From: Balanoglossus misakiensis
Lineage: Eukaryota > Animalia > Hemichordata
Assembly (NCBI GenBank): GCA_040954595.2
Contig: CM082588.2
Location: 3,494,513-3,558,512 of the forward strand
Reading direction: 5' to 3'
Length of the DNA: 64,000 bases
Positions within the stretch are counted from its first letter, which is position 1, and the number at the start of each line of letters is the position of its first letter. The notes beneath the pieces are model-generated. The model worked only from the letters and a program-made list of their open reading frames with translations. It did no database searches and had not been told where the DNA came from. Shown piece by piece: positions 11,201 through 23,600 of this stretch. The position numbers and the translations under genes were made by a program.

Positions 11201-14200
11201 GCGACCTGGCAACCTGGTGTAATCCACTGTAAAATAAGTTATAATATTAAATTTGCTTAACATCTCCCATCAGTTTGTGTCACCATCTCTAGTGACGAAG
11301 AGGAGGAAGAAGAGGAGGAGGAAGAGAAAGGGGAGGAGAGAGATAATGCAGCTGATGAATCACCAGTGGAATCTCGAATTGCTGATTCGTCGCAGGAAAG
11401 TGCAGCTGAGACGCCTAACAACATAGATTCCAGCTCCGAGCAGTCGGATGTTAACTTGAATGGTAAATGTTTGGGTGGCTTGACTGTTAGTGGGGTCTGT
11501 GTGACAGTGTGGTCACATGTAGGTGATTCTAACATTCAGTGAGACTGTTTGACTCTTTCACCCCAGTTCCCTTTAAAGAGGTCCAAATCACCATAGAAAA
11601 CTATGGATTTGGACCAAACCATAGTGGTGAAAGGGGTTAATCCACACATTATCTCTGTTTCTTGGCAGCAACAGGTGATGAATCCATCCATGACTCAGAT
11701 GTATCCAGCTCAACCTCTCAGTCATTGATGCCAAGAAAAATGAAAATGCGAGATCAAGTATGTCAAAGTTTTTTTTTCGTACCAAGAAATGACTTTTACA
11801 TAAGTCAGATTTGAGTTTTTAGGTCCCATGTGAAATTGGTCAAAACAATAACGCGAGAACTACTGGTCAGATTGCTTTGAAAATTGGTGTGCATTTTCTT
11901 TTTTGAGATCTTATCTTTACTTTCTATATTGTACGCATTCTTGAAGCATTTTTATTGCGTGTATTTTTTTACAGGATGGCAATGCACCTCAAGTCTCCGA
12001 TGTGTCCTCTACAGTGAAGAAAAGGCCGACTGAGAGGAAGAACTCTCCTGAATTCTTAAGTGCAATTATTGATATGAGAGGAATACGTATTGGGACATTA
12101 AAAGTCGAGTCCATTATGTGTCCTGTTGTCTTCACTCAGAATTATGTAGAGATGAAAATTGCAGGTAGGCAGACATCATGAATTTTTAGTTTTAAATCTG
12201 TGAAGAACAATGTTTGCTTTACAGACAGAAAGAAATGTAAAATCACCCTTGTACTGTTTCTTAGGGGATTTGTATAACTATTGACTGGTTGCATGATTAC
12301 CTTTCAGTGGATGAAGAGATGGTGGTAGACTTGAAGATAGACGCAAAACATATCACCAAGGTGGAAATCTTTGATGGTCGGCCTGCGAGCCTAATCAACC
12401 TGTTCACCACTCCTGGTGCTGGCTTAACGCTTCGGAACAAATTAAAAATGAAGAAAACAACTGGATGGTTCGACCCTGGCAGTATGAGTGAGTAATCTTT
12501 TGAAATCTATTTTTTTGTGTAAGTTTTTCCCTAAATAATGCATATAAGAAGTGATGTGATTTCCTCATTTTTTGTTTCAGTTGATGCCGAAAAGAGAATC
12601 ATCTTGATAGCTAAGACAGAACCTCTGGATCAGTTTGCTGTTAGAATGATCAATCGAATCTTCATGTATATAGCTGCGAGCAACGAAATCAGTAAGTGAT
12701 CAATTTGTTATGTTTATTATCATCGATTTCTGTAGGGACATAGCTGTATTTTGTGTATAACCCTATTGTCCTATCATCCAATGGCCACTTATGGTAAATA
12801 TTCTGGAAAAAGGAGAAAATCCCCTCTGTTTATGCGATCTGGGATGAAGTTCTATATGTAGTGTTTACTAGTCCTGCCTTTGACAACATACCATTGCTCT
12901 CCAATATGAGAAGGAACAATTTACCGAAACAATAAATTTACCATGTCGAGAACTATCTTGCTGCCACATATTGCTGCAAGGCCTAATATAAAGTACCATG
13001 ACTGATGTCTGCAGGTGGCATGATCGTGAAGTTGAACCAGGACAAAGCTAATGACATCCTGGTAGCCAATACCACTGCAAATCCCAAGAAAGGCGACTCG
13101 CTGCTCTACAAGAGAAGCGTAGTGCCCAGGGGCCGGGTACAGCCACGTCGAGCAGCGAGTCAGGTTGTCATGGAGACTGTAGAGTTAGATGAACCAACCA
13201 GGTTATTTTCAGGGCCAGTGGTTAAGTAAGTATACGTCTGCTAAATATTTCAACCTTGATCACAATATACATTTTTCTTTTTTACATTAATGGTGCATGT
13301 TGCGTGTGAATGTGATCAATAAAATCCTGGTCTATTTCATTGCAGATTATGTTCCTACCCGCCACCACCCAGTACTGGTGCCATAACTATCACAAATGAA
13401 GATTTGTTTTGTCTCAATGAGGAGGAGTTTCTCAATGATGTTATCATAGATTTTTACCTGAAGTAAGTTGCAGCATTCCCCAGTGTGTTGGTTGCAGATT
13501 TAATCACAGTTGACATGATTCAGAGTGTGTGCTGTATGTATGTATGTATGTATGTATGTATGTATGTATGTATGTATGTATGTATGTATGTATGTATGTA
13601 TGTATGTATGTATGTATGTATGTATGTATGTATGTATGTATGTATGTATGTATGTATGTATGTGTGTATGTATGTATGTATGTATGTATGTATGTATGTA
13701 TATGTGTGTGTGTGTGTGTGTGTGTCTGATTTGATTCCTAGGCTGGAAGTCAAAGGCTATGAATTGCAAAGACATTGGTCTTTGGAAGAAGCTATCATTT
13801 CTGCAATGCCAGTCATAATTCGAAATGCTTCCATTTGTGACTACTATAATGCAGGTACCTGGCAGACAACGTGCTGCACACAGAAGACAAAAAACGCACA
13901 CACATCTTCAGTTCTTTCTTCTACAAGAGACTGTCACAGCGACCCCAACGAGTCCATCAAGAGGATTCACAAAAACCCTTAGAGCACAGACGACACAAGC
14001 AAGTGAAAACCTGGACAAGACACGTTGATCTGTTTGAAAAAGATTTTATTATTGTGCCAATTAATGAATGGTAGGGAGAAGTTATCATTTATTGCAATTC
14101 ACCACTAATCCATCTACACGTCTGTCCAACGAACCATTCGTCCACCCTCCCGCCCATCCATCCACTCCTCCGTCCGTTAGTCATATTCTCGTTAGCTCCT

Positions 14201-16255
14201 CCAATTAAATTCCCACCTTTCATCTTTGACAGTGCCCACTGGTACTTGGCAATCATCTGTTTCCCAGGAATGGCTGTAGGTTCGGCTGATCAAGCCAACG
14301 ACAAAGGTGAGAGACCCTCTCCACTCATGGACAGAACTGAACAGTTTTGTATCACTTCTGTACAGCAAGGTCCTTCTGGATCAATACTGTTTGAACAGTG
14401 ATACGCTCTGCTTATCAGCGACATTGGCAATTTGAGATATTTTTGCTTGATGGAGAGTGATGCATGGTATATACAAGCTAGCCAGAATAGACTTTTTTGG
14501 GCATTCATATTAGTATTTAATTCTCATTTACAGAGAATGCTAATGGAGATGACAGTACTTCTGAGAATGGTGGTGATGGGCAATGCAGTACTGGCGAAGG
14601 CAAAACTGAAGGTGTCTCAAGAAAAAAAGTTGACAATGAAAGTACTACCAGTGACAGAAAAACTGACAAAGAGGAGCTAGTTAGCGATGGAGTTGAGGAG
14701 GAGAGTAATAGTAACCCTGGTTACAAAGACCTGAGTGATGGGAATGACGAGAGCAGTGATAGTGTCAGCAGCCATGGCAACATGAAAAATGGTGCGGGAG
14801 ATGAAGTCAGCAAGCTTGATAAGGATGAGGCAAATGACAGAGGAGATGATGATGGAAGGTTTGACTTGACGTCGAGTAGTGATGATGAGGGCCGACCGCC
14901 AATTAAGATAGCAAGAGTGGAGGTGAGTGGGATTGTCATCTCGCAGTTCTGCTATGTTTTCAGTATTTTTGTTTTGTGTATCTACTGAAGTTTCTTTTTC
15001 AAATCCCTGAAATATGATGAAATACCCAGTTTCCAGCTTGTTGTCCTTGCCCTGTCTATGTGTTCCACATTCTGGTTGAAGCTTATCCCCTACCAGTTCT
15101 TGTCGTCAAAACAATAAAAGACATCCACGCTTTATTTTCAGAGTCTCTCCGAGGGAATGATGGAGGACGGTTCCTCTGAGGACTCCGATGAAAGTGCCAT
15201 CAAGAAGAACGAGATGAGCAGTGATGCTGTGGAGGAAAAGACAGAAGATGAATCAGCAGAATCTGGCAAAGAAGGACCGAGCCAGGTGAAATTTAAACAG
15301 TGAGTATCATGGAAGACATGAGTATTTTCATATCAAGGGTATAAATGTTACTTATGGAATCTCACACCCTGAAGGACCTTGGATTAAATTTCTCATACGA
15401 GTAGGAGATATTCTCTCTCTCACATGTGCTGCAGGCATTTATGAAACATAAAACTATGACGATACTTTTCTTTTTTCAGGCCTTGCATTTTACTGTTCGA
15501 TTCATTACTTGGACCAATCCACAACAATGTGATCAAAACACTGAAAGAGTGAGTATGATCTTTATTACGTCTGTAGCCGTGTAGAACATGGCTGAAACCT
15601 ACAGAATGATGGCCGTCATATTGATTCAGAAATAATCATACATTTTCCATACTGTGGCTTAATTTTCACATGGACTGTGTACCTTTAACGGTATAGCAGC
15701 TGGGTTGTCTTCCAAATGGCAGCAAGAACCCAAAAAATGATTGAAGTGCCGGTATCATCAGAATGATTGATGCAGTATATTTTCATAATTGACTGTGTTT
15801 ATTATCGACCAGATACCTTGCCGTTGAATACGAGAGCCGGAAAGGCAAAGAGAAGAAGTTTATGAAGGAATGTATTCGTGGTTCGTCAGTCAAAGTCCCC
15901 CAGCAGAGTAATTACAGTGACTGTGGTGTCTTTCTGCTGCATTATGTAGAAATGTTCTTCAAGGTAAGCTATGTGGCCTCTCTGACCCAACTTCAGAATT
16001 GATGTAACACAATACAGAAAGCCGGGTTTTCCTGGTTGTCCCTTACCTCAAATGCTATACAGGAAAGTTTCTATTTTAACCATTCTGCTATTATTTGTCA
16101 CTTTCATATCACAGAAACCACCTGGGTGTTTCTCGCTGCCTATACAGACTTTGAAGAAGTGGTTTCCGGAAGATGACATTCCTCATAAGAGAGAGTACCT
16201 GATCAAGTTGATAACCACGCTACAAGAGGAACAAAGCAAGCAGAAGAAGTCTTGA
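8208..16255 (+). CDS. SENP6: Sentrin/SUMO-specific protease of the SENP6/7 (Ulp2) class, about 21 exons
   Basis: C48 domain motifs [68 protein letters not shown] and [19 protein letters not shown] long acidic insertion splits the catalytic domain, a SENP6/7 hallmark. ATG 8208 splices in frame to the exon at 8687. SENP6 versus SENP7 orthology is not resolved. Confidence 0.9.
11549..11640. mobile_element. Short piggyBac-like MITE (related copies at ~24629 and ~30979)
   Basis: Ends TTGACTCTTTCACC...GGTGAAAGGGGTTAA. The arm (T)TAACCCTTTCACCACCATGGTTTG recurs in introns at 24629 and 30979. Confidence 0.5.
13534..13725. repeat. (TATG)n microsatellite followed by (TG)n
   Basis: Directly visible tandem repeat in a SENP intron. 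Confidence 0.98.
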
Positions 16256-18014
16256 TGGCCATCGTTCTCATCGAGAGAGTGGTTTCTGTGTGCGTCTGGC
16301 TTTTAATGGATGACTTGAGTCGCCACTGTGCGAAGTACATGTATTTTAGACATTGCATTGGACGTGCTGCAATGTTTAAAGAATACACTGCCTTTTAAAT
16401 GGACCAGTCGCCAGAGTGCAGATTGGGGTTTCTTGCTTGTGTAGGACTGGTGGATCGAGAGGTTGGTCCAGATGTTGCTGTCAATCAGGAAACGGTGACC
16501 GGTGCTGAACTGAAGGTTGATGCAGTCGCAAGGATCCATGACTGACTGTTATACCCAGGGGTAATCGTGGGACTACAGGATGAAGTTGGTGAAATGATTA
16601 CCCCCACCGAACACGTATGTCTTAAAGAGGTGTCTGTACCTAGCTAAAAGTATGCTCTCTCTAAATGCGGACGTGTGTATAAATTTAAACACAGGAAATT
16701 TGACTCCTTGTCGGTGTGTGTCATCATGAAATTGCATTTCAAGAATTGGTGTTGTGAGTTACAGACTCTGCAGCTGAATATTATTTGCAAATGCATAGAG
16801 TGGATTCATTTGTGAATGTGCAACTCTGCTCTTTTATTCTGCAAAGGCTGGACAACATGAAGCGCACAGTTTTTGCAGTGGATAACACTAGTTTTCACTG
16901 TCAATAAACACTGAAATCAACTGTCGGTGATCTATTGATTCTGGTGTATTTTGTCACTCGTTTAGTCTTTTTTTGATCACTGTTCAATGCATCTATATCA
17001 AGTATCAATGTTTTTATTCTTAGCTATTGTGTAAAACGTCACTCCAACATAGACAGAGGGTTCAATGTGGTACTGGTGACAAAGAAAATTGCTATCCATG
17101 TGATATTAGTATGGATGTCATATTAAGTTTGTTCATCCAGCCACTTGTCGATTTGCTTGACCGTTCAGTGTCTATAACCACTAGAAATTACTATATAATC
17201 TTTACTGTAAAATGTCTCCAATTGTAGAAGTATTGATGTAGGAATTTTATTATGATAAAGAAGACAAAATAAAGATATTTATAAGACTTATAATGTTGGT
17301 ACGACGAGTGCTGTATATATCAGCATATACTGGTACTGTACATGTAATGTCTGAACCTTCTCTGCCAAGTGCTCCAAATGTCCAGGAACGCATGCATCAA
17401 CTTCTTGAAGTGCATATTTCTGTGTGTGACCTTTGGGGTCATGTGATTCGTGTGAGAGGCCAGCAAATGCCAGTGCACCCTCGCTACAGCAGCAATAATA
17501 TGAGCATGAAAAAACTTGTATGAGAACAAACAATTTTAACATTTTTATTCTTAAACTTTGTACAAAAAGTATGATAAAAAGCAGTCACAAGGTTAGCAAA
17601 TGTTACATATTGATTATACAACAATGTGAACAAACTGCAATTTCACATTTAACTACATCTATATCTTTCTGAGTTTAAGCATAAAAAAATTAGCTATCGC
17701 ACAATCGTTGAAATCATGATAAAGGATCATGATGTTTGCAGAAATTAGCTGCTAAATTAAAGTTATTTAAACTATGATGTCTCTTCACCTAACCAACAAG
17801 ATCACGATCAAGATTTTCAATGCATTAATTGAAGTCTAGGAACGGCAGTGTTTTTGTTATAGAGAAGCACCAGAAATGAGTACTGTTAAAGGCAGTGATG
17901 TATTTTTATTAAAAATCTATAACATTGTAATGATATAATATATATATGTATACAAACTTCAAAATACAGAAAAAAATCAACGGTTCCTGTCTGGAAGCGT
18001 GGGCAGTCTTTCTT

Positions 18015-20125
18015 CTAAGAGATACTGTCTTGTTGAGACAGCAGCTCTTTCAAGAGATGATCCACATTCTCGTTGATCTTGATGTCCACGTCCTCTAACT
18101 CGGGAACTAAATGCATCAGCAGTTCACGGACCATGCCTCGAAGGTTGACGAGACTTGTAGTGTTGTCGGTTGCCCTGGCTTCGCTCTCCTCCAATCGCTC
18201 TGCGCTTTTCCGCAGTCGCTCCTCGCTCTCCCTCAGGCGATCTTCGCTCTCCTTCAACGCCTCCCGGGACTCTGTCAGGGAGGCCTGGTGCTCTTTCGCC
18301 TCGCATTCGCATTTCTGCAGGCGCTCCTTGCACGCCCCCAGACTGGCCTCCGCTTTGATCTTCTCGTGGCCGGCGCTCGCCAGCAGGCTCGCGTACTTCT
18401 GCTGCAGCGCGACCTTCTCCCGTTCGTGCTCCGTCTCGCGCTGCGCGAAGGACGTCTTCAGTTCAGCTTCCTGTTCCGCCAGGGACTCCTTCACCCTCTT
18501 CTCCTGCTCAGCCAACGTCTCCTGAACTTCTCTCTTCACTGTCTCAGTAATCTCCTTCAGTCTGCCCCTGTCCTCCTCCAGTTTCTTCACCTCCTCCTTG
18601 TGCCGGTGTTCTATTTGCGCCTTGTCGTGCAGCAGCTGTTTATTCTGCTGTTGAAGTTTGTCCACGTTGCTTTTGCTTTCGTCAAGCTCGCGTCGCAGAA
18701 CCTTGATTCTTCGGCTCATCTCCTCCACCGAATGCCCCGCCCCATCGGAATTGGATTTCACGGAATGCGCCGCCCCATCAGAATTGGATTTCACGGAATG
18801 TCCCGCCTCACCAGAATTGGATTTATCTCTGGAGCGAAGACTCTTGGCGATCGACGATTCACCCGGTTCTTCCAGAGGCCTCTTGGTGCACCTGCAAATG
18901 AAAACAAACTCCAGGTCAGTTGCTTCAGTTAACCCCCAACCTCTTGCTCTTTTTATATCGCGAAAATTTCCTGTTCGGTTTAACAGTAACCAACATGAAC
19001 ACATCATGCCCCAGCAACTCCCAGAAATGGCACGGCACTCGTACCTTGTCCTGTCAGTTGATGGTCCTTTCTTCTTGGACTTCTGCACATCGATTATTGC
19101 CTGTGAGATCATCATCAAGGCAGCATTGGCAGTCTCTGGATCCAAGCACTTGTATCCGCCTGAAATAAATGCAGGTCAAAGGTTATGAACATGGACATTT
19201 TCAAAAAAAGTGCAAGAGGTCACCAGAGGTTTTTATCTACTTCTTTTCATCTCAACATTCCCCCCGAGTATCTCACCATAATTTACTTACAAGCACTATT
19301 TGTCATCCTATAGGCGTCCACATGCTTCTTAAGTTGACGTTCCCTTTCCATGCTGTTCGGAAGCACCAGCAGGATTCTCTGTTCAGTCTTATCTGTGTTG
19401 AGTGAGAAAAAATAATAATGAATGCATTTTTGTGTGTGCATATTTTAACTGGGCAGTGGCAAGATGAATTTGAAGATATCAATACAGCAGGGCAGCCAGT
19501 TGACACAAGTTAGGGGAATCTGGCCATCTAGTCCATACTGATATGTTATCTAGGAAAAACAATGACCAACATACATTGTAAGACAGTAACCTGAAACAAA
19601 CCTGTGCTTGCTGGATCATACCAGCCAGTGTCACCTGTCTTGGCGACAGAGTCACACAGTTTCTGTATCTCTCTGGTTCTCTTTGCTGTTGTCTGCAGGA
19701 ACAGGATGTGCGATTTCCAGGACATGACAAAGCAGTGCTCGATCATTACCATGTCGATAGCCTTCAGCTTGATGCAGATACGCTCTGGGAAAATATGTAT
19801 GAAAAGAGGCGATATGACTAAGTGAAGTTGACTGTGTTCAATTGAGAATCACACATGGACAGGTTATCACAAGTCAAGTCGAGAAAGACGCCTGTGCAGG
19901 CTAAATCACACACGCCCTCCCAAAGAAAAAAGCCACCAAAGGACAAAACGTCTCACCTCCACTGTTTTTATGATTCATGTATAATTTCAAGTGTTCATCA
20001 GAGAAAGAAACACACATCTCCGGGGTCCGCTTGATTTCGATGGTGCCAATGCTGAACTTCTGAAGGACAATCATAGCCTTCTTGGCCTCAGCTTCAGTAC
20101 TCATTGTTGTACGTTTGGCGTTCAT
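18015..20125 (-). CDS. Uncharacterised 481-aa protein: SENP6/7-like pre-catalytic domain + coiled coil + MORC3/4-like C-terminal motif (putative chimeric gene)
   Basis: Exons 20125-19957, 19784-19602, 19392-19291, 19159-19045 and 18891-18015 splice via GT-AG into an uninterrupted 1446-nt ORF. N-half GWYDPAST^DKTEQRILLV resembles the neighbouring SENP. C-end LRGMVRELLMHLVPEL...VDHLLKELL resembles the neighbouring MORC. Confidence 0.82.
18726..18824 (-). repeat. Coding 33-nt tandem repeat x3 (KSNSxxAxHSV)
   Basis: KSNSGEAGHSV / KSNSDGAAHSV / KSNSDGAGHSV, visible at both DNA and protein level. Confidence 0.9.
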
Positions 20126-20694
20126 TGTTTCTGATCTGCACATGACAAACAACATGTGATTAGCATTGACAGTTACGAGAGTTAGAACATGTGGACCAGT
20201 GCAGATTGTTGTGATTGTCGAGTTTGAAGTTTGACTTGAGTCGAGACAGTTGCAGATCGCCAAAAGGGCTGATAAAAGTTTTACAAAACGTATATACTTA
20301 CGAAAAAAAGGAGCATGGGACGCAATTTATTCCTGGCACTGCACAGAAAGTTCACTCACTCACGATCAGGCGTGTTTTTGTCTACTTTTCAGCCAGACGC
20401 GACGCCAACCATTTAACACTTTTCGTAGAGGGAGGTCAGAGGTCACGCATGGTTTGAACGCATGCGCTGAAGGAATTTGTGTGCTGAAGTAATAAATGGA
20501 TCCATGCGGAAATAATGTTTATTTGTGGGCAATGGCGAGGAGAAAGCCTAAGTTTGAAAGGGCAAAGCAGAGAAGAGCATGTATAATATCTCGATTTTCT
20601 GTAATTTTAGGCTTTTCTCCTTGAATTCCTTTAAACTAAAAACCAGAATGTCGATTGCATCATGGGAAAAATTATCCCGGTCATATTAGACAAA
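20126..20694. promoter_or_regulatory. Putative bidirectional promoter chimera/MORC
   Basis: About 570 bp between divergent ATGs. It includes a probable non-coding first exon of the minus gene (gtaagt donor at 20301, acceptor at ~20136) and a YY1-like AAAATGGCGG at the MORC start. Confidence 0.55.
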
Positions 20695-23600
20695 ATGGCG
20701 GACTTAGAGAATGGCGTGCGCAAAAGCGCGGTAAGTACAAGATTCACTCCATTTTATTGGTGAAAACTACACGAATACGTCAGCCCAGCCCGAATATATG
20801 AACAGACTACATTATAAATGCATTGCTCTGTTTTCAGATGTCGCCAAAGTATTTGCACACCAACTCGACGTCGCATACTTGGCCGTTCTCTGCCATGGCT
20901 GAACTGATCGGTGAGTATGTTTACGTTGTTATGTGTTCATTTCATGTCATCTTTGAAATCTACAAATGACATAAAACCGACACGGGTCACGCCATGATCG
21001 CGGGGAAAGTCGAGTTTTTCTTTTTGTGTCTATCGACCCTATCGACAGACTGATATTCCGCGCCGCCTGACTTCTACATTACATGTGCAGAGGAGGGGAT
21101 TCCCCAGCCTCGTTTCTGGTGTACTTGTACGCGCAATGCATACATTGATTGGCCAAGGCCTTGCGCTCTGGTCTAACCTTAGCTAATGATCTTCAGACAG
21201 TGCCATTTAAACCCCTTGCATATTGACTCTCATTTATACTTATGCACCCTTATTTTCCCTGATCTGTCTTCAGATAATGCCTATGACCCTGATGTTGCTG
21301 CCAAGACCCTGTGGATTGATATCAAATACACTGGACAAGAACTGTGTATGACATTCACAGATGATGGAAACGGTATGAAGGAAGAAAAACTACACAAAAT
21401 GCTCAGGTAATGTGTAAGGAACACACATTTCTGTGGTTGTTTTGTCCTCACTGCATCTGTTGCATTGTTAAGCATGCAAAAGTGATTTCTGGTAGTCTTT
21501 CATTGTTAAAAGTTGAAATTATTGTCTATTATTTCAAAGCGTACAAATCTTTTGTTTCACTTTCAGCTTTGGGTTTTGTGAGAAAGTGGAAATCAACGGG
21601 CACATGCCGGTTGGTCACTACGGGAACGGCTTCAAAAGTGGCAGCATGAGGCTGGGCAAAGATGCCATTGTGTTCACCAAACAGGACAAGGCACTGACCG
21701 TGGGCTTCCTGTCGCAGACATACCTGAGTGCAGTCCACGCGCAGACGATCATGGTGCCAATTGTCGCATGGCACAGCATCACTCATATCCTTTTGTCACT
21801 CATGGTTTACGATTCTTGTGATGTGACGCGTGTGATTTCCCCATTTGAGATTTAATTTTAAAATATCAAAATTTCTGCCTGAATGCTTATACTGTAAAAC
21901 ACTTTATTTTCACGAGTTGAAATTTTCGCGACACCGAGAGAGGCTACTGTTTCGCCAGTATTAATTTTCACGTTCTCTTATTTCATTCATTGCATCTTTA
22001 TCTTAAAAAAAATTACGCAACTTTTTATTTTCACGCTATTTTGGCTCTCGCGTATTTCGCGAAAATCTATTGCTCGCGAAAATAAAGTGTTTTACAGTAG
22101 TCTGAATGATTCATTACCGAGGTGCAATCAACCCTTAACAATTAATTACATGAACGACTGAACACAATTGACAGCAATGCTAGTTTGGCGGCCATCACCA
22201 AATTTTCCCTGTTCAGAACTGAAAAAGACCTGCTTGAGGAGTTCAACGCAATCAATGGACCTCATGGTACAAGGATCATCATCAGTAAACTCAGGACGTA
22301 AGTATGCAGTGCTGGAGCAGAAACCATTGAAAGTGAATCTGATAATTGGGGTACATGTATTAGTATTACAGTAACTGATTCCATAACTTCTCTTCCAGCG
22401 ATTCAACAGGAAGATCAGAGTTCGATTTTGTGATCGACAAACACGACATCCTGATCCCCGATGATAATAGCACCACCAGCACTTCAGGAGAATATCGGGG
22501 AAAAAGTAAATACAAGAAGCAGGACAGACAAGACGATGTCCCGGAATGCGATTATTCGCTCCGGGTGAGTCGGGTAGTAACATTAAAGGGAAAAAGTCGC
22601 CAACTTTTGACAATATTTAGAAAAAGTTATGCAGGTCGATTTTTTGAAAGATGATTACAAATTGCCGTTGAAAGGATAAATGCATCCCATGTCACATGTT
22701 CTTCTCTCATACAGCTTTGTTGTTTTATGCAATTTGCAGGCATACTGCAGTATACTGTATCTCAGACCCAAAATGAAGATTGTGTTGCGGGGCAAGAAAG
22801 TCAAGACCAGACTCGTAACCAAGAGTCTTCGTCAAACAGAAACAGATGTCTATAAACCACAACTTGACAACGTATCCTTTTACTTTGGTGTCAGTGTCAC
22901 ATAAATTGAACTGTTGATTCTCTATGACCAGTGAGAATTATCTCCTAATCACCCTGTGTCCAAACAAGGAAAAGGAGGTCTGTTTTTAATGTGATTCTTT
23001 GACATGGCTTATCAAAAAGCAGTCAAGTGTAGCTTCAGAACCCCCATACTCCTGTCAGCTCTGGGATCGTATAGATTTTCTTTAACTTTCTGACAGTTTG
23101 TGAAACCTGTCAAGATAACCATTGGGTTTAACACCACCAAGAACCACTACGGTGTGATGATGTATCACAGAAACCGACTGATCAAAGCATATGAGAGAGT
23201 TGGTTATCAGACTAAGGTAAGAGAAAACATCAGTCCCTCCAGTAAGTTTACCTTGTCACATGTGCTTCACTTGACATTGTGCAGTTTCTATACGAGTTAC
23301 ACTGCATTGTTCTCCCTGAACAAGGAAACAGGGGCATGGCACCCTCTTGTACATTCAATCTCTCCCCCCCCCCCATTCGTTGAATCTCAATCTGAATGTT
23401 GCTTCTCTCTCTGCTTTTCAGGCGAACGAGATGGGCGTAGGAGTGGTTGGAGTCATCGAGTGCAATTACTTGCAACCAACTCACAACAAACAAGATTTTG
23501 ACTACACTAAGCAGTACAGGTCAGATTATTTTTTTTTTCACTTGAGCTTTTCTTGCTTTGTGCCAAGATTTGCCCATTGCCGTTCTTTTTACACTGCATT

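Noticed and set aside
13485-13982. ORFs with MYVC/YIHT repeats
   Set aside because: Translations of the (TATG)n microsatellite in a SENP intron.
18073-18932. Long plus-strand ORFs (150 and 273 aa)
   Set aside because: Antisense shadows of the GC-rich coiled-coil exon; no recognisable domain.
18015-19145. Single-exon 376-aa ORF as the gene model
   Set aside because: It begins at a TTG mid-exon and reads through an intron; the five-exon model explains the homology better.
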